Source: a virus
Direction: 5' to 3' (one strand)
Length of the DNA stretch: 64,000 nucleotides
IMG/VR virus record: IMGVR_UViG_3300043436_001870
Span: 1 to 64,000 of that record
The translations under genes and the position numbers were made by a program. Numbering within the stretch: the stretch's first letter is position 1; each line of letters starts with the position of its first letter. The notes under the pieces are model-generated. The model did no database searches and was not told where the DNA came from. It worked only from the letters and a program-made list of their open reading frames with translations. Positions 43,536 through 52,800 of this stretch are shown piece by piece.

Positions 43536-44486
43536 ATGCGTGATATACTATTGGAAGAAGAGTTCTATTCCAAAAAATTCTATTTTAGTTACTCTGGTTT
43601 GAACAAGTTGTTGTTCTCACCAACAGTGTTTTACAGACACTACATTCTAAATCAATGGGAAGATAAGACAGATGCTCACCTGATTGAAGGTAAGCTTTTA
43701 CATTGTCTGCTTCTAGATGAACAAAGCTTTGAAGATCAATTTGTAATAATGCCAGGGATAGTTCCCAGTGGCCCAACAAAAATTGTTCTTGATACTGTTT
43801 ACAGAAAAGCTACAGAACTCAACGTTGATTTAGATTTGTCTAAGTTAAATGATCATGTGCTCCAGGCAATGACTGATGTAAACTTTCATCAAAGATTGAA
43901 GACAGATCAACAAAGACTAGACAAGATTATTACTGATGACAACATTAGTTATTTTCAGTTTTTAAGTGCAAAGAAGAACAGAGACATTATTGATCAGGAA
44001 ATACTCACAAAGGTTAAGGAGTATGTTGAAGTCATCACTTCTAATGTTAATGTTATGAATGTTCTACAAGGTCCTAATACCTACCAAAGTGAAGTAAAGT
44101 TGGCTGTTGATTTGCCAAATTACAAATTTGGTATTAAAGGTATTGTGGATAGAATTGTGGAGCATGATGATTACATACACATAATTGATCTGAAGACTAC
44201 AAACAAGACTCTTGCTGATTTCAAAGAAACTGTTGAGTATTACAATTATTGGTTACAAGCAGCAATCTATAAGAAATTAGTTTCTGTGAATGATGCTAGA
44301 CCAGTAAAATTCTCATTTGTTGTTATTGATAAATACCAGCAAGTATATGAGTTTGAAGTTTCTTATGACACCATGCAGATATGGACTGAAAAGATGAACC
44401 AAATGTTTGGCACTGCACAGTATCATTATGATACTAGACAGTATGATTTACCATATGAATTTGCAACATCTAAAGTAATTCTCTAA
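43536..44486 (+). CDS. PD-(D/E)XK exonuclease (RecB/RecE-like)
   Basis: SYSGL, KGIVDRI, IDLKT, YWLQAAIY. Confidence 0.8.
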   Translation: MRDILLEEEFYSKKFYFSYSGLNKLLFSPTVFYRHYILNQWEDKTDAHLIEGKLLHCLLLDEQSFEDQFVIMPGIVPSGPTKIVLDTVYRKATELNVDLDLSKLNDHVLQAMTDVNFHQRLKTDQQRLDKIITDDNISYFQFLSAKKNRDIIDQEILTKVKEYVEVITSNVNVMNVLQGPNTYQSEVKLAVDLPNYKFGIKGIVDRIVEHDDYIHIIDLKTTNKTLADFKETVEYYNYWLQAAIYKKLVSVNDARPVKFSFVVIDKYQQVYEFEVSYDTMQIWTEKMNQMFGTAQYHYDTRQYDLPYEFATSKVIL

Positions 44487-45043
44487 TGATTAAGACACTT
44501 CATTCCGAGTATGTACAGAAATCAAGAATATTTCTTTACCCTCTTCTAAACATACCAAAAGGTTCTGATGCAGTTCCTTTGGAAAGTTATGTATCTTGGT
44601 CTGAAAAGTTTTTACCTAACTCCTACAAGTTTGTATGTACTTATTACCTAAGAGATGATACAAGTTTTATAAAGTTTGAAAAGACAATGCTTACTGGTAA
44701 TAAACTGTTTCATTCTTTCTATGAGACAGATGAATCACATGGTGTGTATGTTTTTGATTTTGAAGAATACTCTAAAGATTGGGACCACTTCCTACAAGGT
44801 AAGTACTCTAAGATGAGTAGTAATTCCAAGAACAACATACTTAAGTTCTTCTTGAAGAATAAAGCAACGTATCATCACATTAATAGCTACCTAAATCCTG
44901 AAATATACTTTGAAGAGTATGCTAAACTACTCAATGTAAATGAAGGGCTTGTAAGGAGTGTGGGTGAGCTGTGTTCTCCTCCAGATATGTCAAGAGAAAC
45001 CTTAGTTGCAAAGGAGAGGAGTATTGACATTTTTAAAATTTAA
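44486..45043 (+). CDS. conserved crAss-like hypothetical protein
   Basis: KSRIFLYPLL, FLQGKYSKMS, VGELC. Confidence 0.6.
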   Translation: MIKTLHSEYVQKSRIFLYPLLNIPKGSDAVPLESYVSWSEKFLPNSYKFVCTYYLRDDTSFIKFEKTMLTGNKLFHSFYETDESHGVYVFDFEEYSKDWDHFLQGKYSKMSSNSKNNILKFFLKNKATYHHINSYLNPEIYFEEYAKLLNVNEGLVRSVGELCSPPDMSRETLVAKERSIDIFKI

Positions 45044-45053
45044 CCTATCTTTG
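45024..45053 (+). promoter_or_regulatory. Bacteroidota sigma-A type promoter
   Basis: TTG-N19-TATCTTTG upstream of 45073. Confidence 0.7.
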
Positions 45054-45072
45054 TAGGGTAAAACCAACAATT

Positions 45073-45477
45073 ATGAATAACATGATGCTTGTCACGTCTT
45101 CTTGGAAAGACGGAAAGACATTTAAAATGATTCCTACATCAACAGATTGTCCATTTGTTGAATGTATTTTTGATCCTCAGATCAAAGTTCTTGCTGTAAT
45201 CAGCCGTAATAAAAAGGAACAATTCCATATGGTAACAAGACTTGATGCCAATGGTGATCCTGAACAACGTAAAAATCCTGGTAGAAATGGTAATCCATAT
45301 AAGGAAGAAAGACGTGCTCTTGAGACTTATCAGGAATATTACATTGAAGTAAAATCTGAGATTGAGGCTTTTATAAAAGGATTTGGTGCAAACAGCGATG
45401 CTTTTGATTATGACCAATATCTAAACAAAGTTGTAGAAAATAATACTGCAGCTGATGCAGCTGGTATCCCTTCATAA
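45073..45477 (+). CDS. conserved hypothetical protein
   Basis: 134 aa; CPFVECIFDP; followed by hairpin at 45463-45489. Confidence 0.65.
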   Translation: MNNMMLVTSSWKDGKTFKMIPTSTDCPFVECIFDPQIKVLAVISRNKKEQFHMVTRLDANGDPEQRKNPGRNGNPYKEERRALETYQEYYIEVKSEIEAFIKGFGANSDAFDYDQYLNKVVENNTAADAAGIPS

Positions 45478-45532
45478 GGGGTACCATTTTGAAAATAAAA
45501 AAATGGGGGAACAGCTTAACTGAACAGAACAT

Positions 45533-47539
45533 ATGCAATCACATTGGATAATGGACTATGAGACACTGATCAACTGTTTTGTTGCAGTGTTTCAGCATTA
45601 TAAAGAGGATGATGACATCCGGGTTTTTGTTATCTCTGATCTAAGAGATGACAGGGAAGCCCTGATAGATTTCCTGCACGAGAATGTTTTAAATACTGAA
45701 TGGCACATAGCATTCAACGGTCTAGATTTTGACTCCCAGCTTACACAATATCTTCTTTTACATTCTACTTCTATACTAAATGATTCACCTGACAAGGTTG
45801 CTCATAATCTGTATATAGAAGCTCAAAGAGTTATTGAACATAAGAATGAGCATAAGTATCCCTCCGTTTCAGAAAAGAATCTTAGTATAAAACAGATTGA
45901 TCTGTTTAAGTTAAATCACTGGGATAATCCAGCAAAGTCTTCTAGCTTAAAGTGGATTCAGTATAGCATGGATTGGTATAACATCCAGGAGATGCCTATA
46001 CATCATAGTACACTGATTGAAACACAGGATCAACTTGATACTGTTATTCAGTACTGTATTAATGACGTGAAGTCTACCTATAACATATTCCTTAAAAGCA
46101 AGGACCAGATTGCATTGAGATTAAATCTTACCAAAGACTATAGTATCTATGGTATTAATTTGACCAGTGCTTCTGAGCCAAGAATATCTAAGGAGTTGTT
46201 CTCATTATTCTTAGCTAAGAAGATTGGTATGACCAGGTATGACCTAAAGCAGTTACGTACTTATAGGGAATTCATAAATGTAGGCAGTATTCTGTTGCCA
46301 TACATAAAGTTTACACTTCCTGAGTTTAAACAAATACATACACAGTTTAAATCTTTGGTTATTAATACCAAGGATACTAAAGGTGGATTCAAGTATTCTG
46401 TTAAACACAAAGGAGTCACAACAGATTTTGGATTAGGTGGTGTGCATGGTGCCACAAAGCCTGGAGTATATGAGTCGGATAATCAGATGATAATCATGAC
46501 TTCAGATGTTACCAGCTTTTATCCTAATCTAGCAATTAAGAATAAGTGGGCACCTGCTCACTTACCAAAGGATGATTTTTCTGACCAGTATGAATGGTTC
46601 TTCCAGGAAAGAAAAAAGATTCCAAAGAAGGATCCAAAGAACTATGTCTACAAGATCATTCTCAATAGTACATACGGTCTAAGCAATGATGAGAATAGCT
46701 TTCTGTATGACCCAGAATTTACAATGAGGATTACAATCAATGGTCAGTTGAGCTTGACTATGTTGTATGAGATGTTGTCTGCAGGCATACCTGAGAGTAT
46801 TCCTTTAATGCAGAATACAGATGGTCTCGAGACAATGATACCTGTTCACATGAAAGATAAATATCTTGAGATATGTGCAGAGTGGGAAAGAATTACGGGA
46901 CTGCAGCTGGAACATGACCAGTACAAGAAACTTGTTATTGCTGATGTAAATAATTACATAGCACTATTCAATGAGAAGGAATGTTCCAAAGATGATTTTG
47001 ATAAGCTGAAGAAAGAAAATCCACATTATGTATTTACTGAAAGAGGTGGTAAGTATTACTACAATGCAAGTAAATGCAAGGGTAGATTTGAATTCTCAGA
47101 CTTAGCACTTCATAAGAATAAAAGCTTTCTAATTATTCCTAAGGGTATATACAATTACTTTATTCATAACATGCTACCTGAAGAAACAGTATCAAAGAGT
47201 AAAAACATCTTTGAATACTGTGGTGGTGTAAAAGCCAAAGGTGACTGGATGTTTAAAGAAGTGTGTTATGTCAAAGGAGTAAGATATGAAAGAGACCTTC
47301 AGAAAATTGTAAGATACTATGTAAGCACAACTGGGTGTAAGATTCACAAGATTAATAAGATCGATGGAAGAGAGATACAAGTTCAGGCAGGTAAGTGGTT
47401 ACTTACTGAGATGAATATGTTTGAGAGAAAGGACTGGTCTAATCGTGATGTAGATACTCAGTATTATGCTGATTCAATGTACAAGGAAATAAATAACATT
47501 ACTGGCTACAAGCCGGTGCAACAATTAAGTTTGTTTTAA
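45533..47539 (+). CDS. polB: family B DNA polymerase
   Basis: exonuclease DYE and FNGLDFD; polymerase DVTSFYP, KIILNSTYG, NTDG. Confidence 0.9.
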   Translation: MQSHWIMDYETLINCFVAVFQHYKEDDDIRVFVISDLRDDREALIDFLHENVLNTEWHIAFNGLDFDSQLTQYLLLHSTSILNDSPDKVAHNLYIEAQRVIEHKNEHKYPSVSEKNLSIKQIDLFKLNHWDNPAKSSSLKWIQYSMDWYNIQEMPIHHSTLIETQDQLDTVIQYCINDVKSTYNIFLKSKDQIALRLNLTKDYSIYGINLTSASEPRISKELFSLFLAKKIGMTRYDLKQLRTYREFINVGSILLPYIKFTLPEFKQIHTQFKSLVINTKDTKGGFKYSVKHKGVTTDFGLGGVHGATKPGVYESDNQMIIMTSDVTSFYPNLAIKNKWAPAHLPKDDFSDQYEWFFQERKKIPKKDPKNYVYKIILNSTYGLSNDENSFLYDPEFTMRITINGQLSLTMLYEMLSAGIPESIPLMQNTDGLETMIPVHMKDKYLEICAEWERITGLQLEHDQYKKLVIADVNNYIALFNEKECSKDDFDKLKKENPHYVFTERGGKYYYNASKCKGRFEFSDLALHKNKSFLIIPKGIYNYFIHNMLPEETVSKSKNIFEYCGGVKAKGDWMFKEVCYVKGVRYERDLQKIVRYYVSTTGCKIHKINKIDGREIQVQAGKWLLTEMNMFERKDWSNRDVDTQYYADSMYKEINNITGYKPVQQLSLF

Positions 47540-47540
47540 A

Positions 47541-48518
47541 ATGAGCAGAAAGCTTCAAGCCAATACAACAAAGGACTTTCTAAAGAATGTTCCTTTACCA
47601 ACACATGGAGGTAGATATACTCCAATCAGTCACACATCTATTATTGATCAATCTTTAAATGAACTTGCTGCCAACAATCTTGAAGTAAAAGCTGAACTGT
47701 ATAGATCAACTCTTACTGGTAATATTGCCAATGGCATTGTTCTGGTTGATCACGGATCAGAGCTGGATATGAAGATGGTTCTTGCCTGGGGTAATTCCTA
47801 TGACAAGTCAACCAAGTTTACATGTGGTATTGGTGCCTATATAATGAGCACCAAGACTTTCATATTTGCTGGAAATCTATCCAACTTTATCAGGAAGCAT
47901 ACAGGTAAGGCAGACCAGGAAGCTATTGAGAAAATCAAAGAACAGATTTCTAATGCAGATCAGTACTATGATATACTTGTAGAGACCAAGAAGAAACTTG
48001 AGGTAATCAATCTTACAGAAAGACAGATTGCTCATGCTATTGGTGTACTTCTAGTTGAGAAGCAGGCTTTAACCAAAGAGCAAGTTGGTGGTATCTTTGA
48101 TATGATCAAGACTAAGCAAGTTCTTTTTGTTGGGCTTAACTATAATAATGCATGGAATGTTTACAACATCTTTGCTAAGTACTTGAGAGAATCACATCCT
48201 AAGGTATGGTTCCAATCTCAGTTTGAGGTGCACAGATACTTCATGCATGAAATAGTAAAACAGGTTGTCCCTGTTGCTGTTAAGGAAGATGTTGATGTTA
48301 TTAGTTCTGATGTTCCTGAGGTTCCTACTAATCAGTTGAATCTGTTTGATGCAATAGCAGAGGCGGAAAAAGAGCAGGAGCCGGAAGAGTGTCCGGAGCC
48401 AGAGGAAGAAACAACAATAAATTCCCTACAAGAAGAGGAAGAAATAGTTGGAGATTCAGATGAATTTGTTACTTTTGATACTGGTTCAGACAGTGGTTTT
48501 GAATTACCTGAACTATAA
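47541..48518 (+). CDS. DUF932-like protein with acidic tail
   Basis: RYTPISH, NSYDKS, RKHTG, NAWNVYN. Confidence 0.65.
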   Translation: MSRKLQANTTKDFLKNVPLPTHGGRYTPISHTSIIDQSLNELAANNLEVKAELYRSTLTGNIANGIVLVDHGSELDMKMVLAWGNSYDKSTKFTCGIGAYIMSTKTFIFAGNLSNFIRKHTGKADQEAIEKIKEQISNADQYYDILVETKKKLEVINLTERQIAHAIGVLLVEKQALTKEQVGGIFDMIKTKQVLFVGLNYNNAWNVYNIFAKYLRESHPKVWFQSQFEVHRYFMHEIVKQVVPVAVKEDVDVISSDVPEVPTNQLNLFDAIAEAEKEQEPEECPEPEEETTINSLQEEEEIVGDSDEFVTFDTGSDSGFELPEL

Positions 48519-48537
48519 ATTTAGTTGTTTGAGGTAT

Positions 48538-48563
48538 GAGGGGGAGAAATCCCCCTTTACTTT
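48538..48563 (+). terminator. intrinsic terminator
   Basis: AGGGGGA-GAAA-TCCCCCT-TTACTTT. Confidence 0.65.
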
Positions 48564-48577
48564 CTAAATCCCTAACT

Positions 48578-48931
48578 ATGGAAAGACATGAATTTGTAAA
48601 GATTGCAGAGGATACCTTATCCCAAATCAATGAGGTCATTGCAAAAAAAGGTAAAGAGTATTCTACTGGTGATGCCTTCTCTAATTTTAAGGATGCTGCA
48701 GGTGGTCTAAGCTTTCATAATAAACCAGAGATGGTTGCTTGGGAGTTTGCTACTAAGCACTTCCAGTCTATTAAAGATATCATCTCAGGAAAAGTCCCTG
48801 CAGATCAAGCTGTGATAGATGAGAAGATTGGAGATGCCATTGTGTATCTTCTACTAATCAAAGGTATGATGTCTGAAAAGATTCATAACATTGAAGAGGT
48901 TCGTATTAGATATGAACTTACACGTGATTAA
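48578..48931 (+). CDS. DUF1599/nucleotide-modification-associated all-alpha domain protein
   Basis: KKGKEYS...DAFSNFK...KH...EKIGDAIVYL; start reassigned to 48578. Confidence 0.55.
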   Translation: MERHEFVKIAEDTLSQINEVIAKKGKEYSTGDAFSNFKDAAGGLSFHNKPEMVAWEFATKHFQSIKDIISGKVPADQAVIDEKIGDAIVYLLLIKGMMSEKIHNIEEVRIRYELTRD

Positions 48932-48946
48932 TTTCTAAACCTGTAT

Positions 48947-49330
48947 ATGAAGCAATATGTAAATATGGTGGGAGAATTCCACCAGGTCTTTGACCAAAAG
49001 GATGCTACTAAACCAACACTGGTACCTAAGAACCTTGGCAAGCTAAGATACTCTCTCCTGTTAGAGGAGAATAAAGAATATCTGGAAGCTGTTGAGAAAG
49101 AGGATCTTGTAGAGATTGCTGATGCCTTAGGTGATCAGCTTTACATTATCTATGGTACTATATTAAAACACGGTCTTCAAGATAAAATTGAGGACGTATT
49201 CAAAGAAATTCATCGGTCCAATATGAGTAAACTGGGTGCAGATGGTAGACCCATCTACAGAGAGGATGGTAAAATACTCAAGGGTCCCGGTTATACAAGA
49301 CCAGACATTGCTTCAATAATCAATAAATAA
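48947..49330 (+). CDS. MazG-like NTP pyrophosphohydrolase
   Basis: EENKEY, EIADALGDQLY, EIHRSNMSK, GKILKG. Confidence 0.85.
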   Translation: MKQYVNMVGEFHQVFDQKDATKPTLVPKNLGKLRYSLLLEENKEYLEAVEKEDLVEIADALGDQLYIIYGTILKHGLQDKIEDVFKEIHRSNMSKLGADGRPIYREDGKILKGPGYTRPDIASIINK

Positions 49331-49337
49331 ATAAAAC

Positions 49338-49580
49338 ATGGAAGCTTCAAGACCAATGACATTTGGTGAAATGTTGGTGGGCATTACATTTAACCCATCA
49401 CAGGATGATAAAGTAGCAAAAGCAAAACAGCTCTGTGCTGAATTAGCTGATCTACTTAATGATCATAATGAAAGCAGAGGAGAGAAGTCTCAAGATTCTC
49501 AAAGACTGTTCTCCCATGCAGTAGGAGAAATCCTTAATGCTCAAATGAATGTAGTTAAGGTTCTTACTTACAAGTACTAA
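49338..49580 (+). CDS. Acb2/Tad1-like helical hairpin protein (candidate immune-signal sponge)
   Basis: VGITFNPS...KAKQLCAELADLL...RLFSHAVGEILNAQMNVVKVLT. Confidence 0.5.
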   Translation: MEASRPMTFGEMLVGITFNPSQDDKVAKAKQLCAELADLLNDHNESRGEKSQDSQRLFSHAVGEILNAQMNVVKVLTYKY

Positions 49581-49627
49581 GTAGTCGGTCTCCCACACTC
49601 TGTAAGACTCTTAGATAAATTAAGGGG

Positions 49628-49665
49628 AAAGAGAACCCCGGTGTAATTGCCGGGGTTTTTCTTTT
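49628..49665. terminator. bidirectional intrinsic terminator at convergence of early/middle and late blocks
   Basis: AAAGAGAACCCCGG-TGTAATTG-CCGGGGTTTTTCTTTT. Confidence 0.85.
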
Positions 49666-49804
49666 ATCCTTGTCCTCTGTTCAGTTTCTTGTAAAGCTTA
49701 CTAGACTTCAGCTTACTGAACTTGGTTTTTGCCTGCACTCCAGGACGTTTTTTTTTACTTCCTTTTGGTGCATAGTTGTTTTTTGATGTTACTGTCTTTG
49801 CCAT
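49664..49804 (-). CDS. 46-aa highly basic protein (not in ORF track)
   Basis: MAKTVTSKNNYAPKGSKKKRPGVQAKTKFSKLKSSKLYKKLNRGQG. Confidence 0.7.
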   Translation of the reverse strand: MAKTVTSKNNYAPKGSKKKRPGVQAKTKFSKLKSSKLYKKLNRGQG

Positions 49805-49808
49805 TCTA

Positions 49809-52800
49809 TTATCTCCAATTTTGTGCTTTTACAAAGTTAGTTACTGCCATTGCAGGATCCAAAGATTTACCTGTTGCTCCAAATGATCTAGCTAAATATG
49901 TTAAGGGTTTATACCCTTCAATCGGATTATCAGTGCCTCCTTCCTGCATCCATACATATGGTCCTTCACGTTGATCAAAGTAGGCCTTTGAATCATCAGT
50001 ACCAAAAAGACTATGCATAGCACTTGTAGTTAAGCCTCCTATGATTTTCCCATAGTTGTCAAATGTATTGTGCATTGCAACTGAGTCAAACTTTAACATC
50101 TCTAGATAGTTACCACCAGTTAACCATTGTTGTTGTTCATTTTTTAAACCCATAGCCATCATCAATGCATGGTTAGATAACCAACCCATAAACTTAAAAT
50201 CTGTTTCAGTTTCTGATGTGCCTATGAATGGTAATGGTCCAGACTTCTTACGGAGTTTTTCAAACTTATCTGGATCATCATAATCAAATCCAAATATCAT
50301 TGATATTGATAATACAAGTAATGCTAAGCTTCCTACATCAACTAGTGATTTAATCACAGCAATTTTTTCAGAATCTGTTCTAGATCTATAGTAGTCACTA
50401 CCTTGTCTGATACTTCTTACAAGAAGTCTTAATGACTCAACGTGGTAACCCATTACTGTATCTCCTACTGCTGCATCAAATCTATATTGAGGATCTCTCC
50501 ATGAACCTCTAAACTGGAATCGATTTAAGAACATTCTTACAAACCATCTCTTGAATGCAATGATCCATTTGAATAGTAAGTATCTATCAGCATCAGCATA
50601 GTCAAACTTAGCAAATGAACCGGCCAGGTTATTTGTTACACCCTGTACCTTATTCTTAAATGCTTTGAATTTTTCTCCACCAACTCCCCATTCAGGATCT
50701 ACTCCTTCTTTAATTCTTATCTGACCATCTACAGTTTCCCATGCATCCATGTAGGGAATTCTTTCTGTTCTACCATTTACAGTTCTTTCTACGGTTTGAT
50801 GATACATCATGGCACCAAAGATTGAAACTGTTGAGTTTAATTCTGTCCATTTTCTAAAGCTAGTCATCCAACTCAAACCACCAAGGGCATCCTGTGCAAA
50901 GGATCTTGACATCTGCTCACCAAACTTTTCCTCAAATCTTCCCTGATATGCATCAAAGACCATGATCAATTGTTCATTATGAGTCTTTGGTTTACCTGTA
51001 TATAAGTTCATGCTGAGATCCATTGCTGCATTTGTTGCCCACAATTGACCTTTACCATAGTTAGCAGTATTAAAGTATCTACCTCCTGCTGCTTCAATCA
51101 TAGATTGAATTCTTAATGAGAAGTCATTCTTTAATGCTGATGGAATGTCTAATGCAAAATAACCAAAAGCAGAATACTTCATGATCTGCTGTGCTGTTTT
51201 TGTTACCCATCTTGCATCATTATCATTACCAAGAGCACCCTTTGCCATCACACCTTCAAATTCTCTTTCAATAAAGTTGTCTATAGCTCTTTGTCTTACT
51301 GATTTATCCTTCTGTTCCTGTTGCCAAAGAGCCTTCTGTTTAATATTATTAGCAATGTTTCTTGCTTTTATTTGGCTATTAGATATACCTTTCTGAATGT
51401 TTACATAGTTAGATGGATCATGTAGTACAGACTGTAAAGCTCGGGCCATTGGATTCATCTCAATCAGAGCTCTTTGTTTTTCAGCTGACAACATATATCT
51501 AAGCATACCTCCTACAACATCCAATGATACATCACTTACACCTAAGTCGGACAAACCATGAATAGGAATACCTGCATACTGATCATCATATAAATCTCCA
51601 TCCATAATCATTGATTGCTCTTCATAATTGAAGCCACGATCAAAGTCATCTGATGAACCTTTAAATAAATTTCTGACATTCCTCCACCATCCAGATATAG
51701 GATTTTCTGGTTTCTTATCTGCATTTAGGAAGTTCAGATTTCTTTCATAGTTACTAGTCATGAATCTTGGAATGTCCAAGAATAATTTAGATTGACTAGG
51801 ACTTCCCTCTTGAAATCTTAAATGATATTTAGAGAGAGCAAGAATAGCATCATAAAGAGGCTTATCATTCTTCTTAATATCAAAGAACTGTTGATTGATG
51901 AATCTATTATCAGGAGCATCAAGACGTGGTAAGTGTCTACCATAATTATCTACAGTAGCCAATGTAGGATCACCTTGTTCTAATGCCTCAAGCATTGTTA
52001 CTTCCTTTACAATATACTCATCCTTTACAATACGTTTGGTATACTGCTGTGAAGGAACACCAAGAACTGTTTCAGTTTCACCCTTAGAATTAGTAAATGT
52101 AAATGTCTCATAGTGTTTAGCATTGCTAGGTCTTGTGACATTCCATGCTCTTACTCTTGAGATCTTTGTTGTAGGTGCCCCTGTTTTATCTCGGGTCTGC
52201 TTCATTGTATGGTTTTCATCAAACCATGCCTTTACTTCAGGATATTTTGAGATAACTGTGTTATAGAATGTTGGATCAAGAATTTTATCTGCATTATCTG
52301 GAGTAATATCCTTAGAACCAATTGTATCTATAAGAGTTTTAATAGGAATAAGACTAAATATTGAATTGGCTGTATCAAGATAATAAACTGTAGGAACAGA
52401 CTGTCTCAATTCTGAGAGCTCGTTGTATAGTTCCATGATTCTTTGCTTGTCTGCCTTTGACAAACCATACAAGGATCTCTTATCCATAAGACTACTAAAT
52501 CTTGAAGACTCAAATTGATCTAGTCCTCTTGTAGATTTGATTTCAAATAAATCATTTAATTCCTGCTGCTCTAATTTAGTGAGACCGGTGATACCTATAA
52601 GAGCATCCTTAGCCTTTTCAATCTTCTCCTCAACAGCTTTAATTGCAGCAATGTTGTTTACACTCATTGCTGTACCATCTGGCTGCATATCCTCATCTCT
52701 ATAAGGATTAAGGAGCTGTCTCATTTCTTCATACAACTCATCAATCTTAATAGTAGCAGCAACAGTTGCAGGGAGTTTAGCTTTGATAGCATTGATCTCA

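Noticed and set aside
45533-47539. Intein or group I intron in PolB, DnaB or primase
   Set aside because: Lengths are compact, motifs are contiguous, and no splice-junction or LAGLIDADG motifs are visible.
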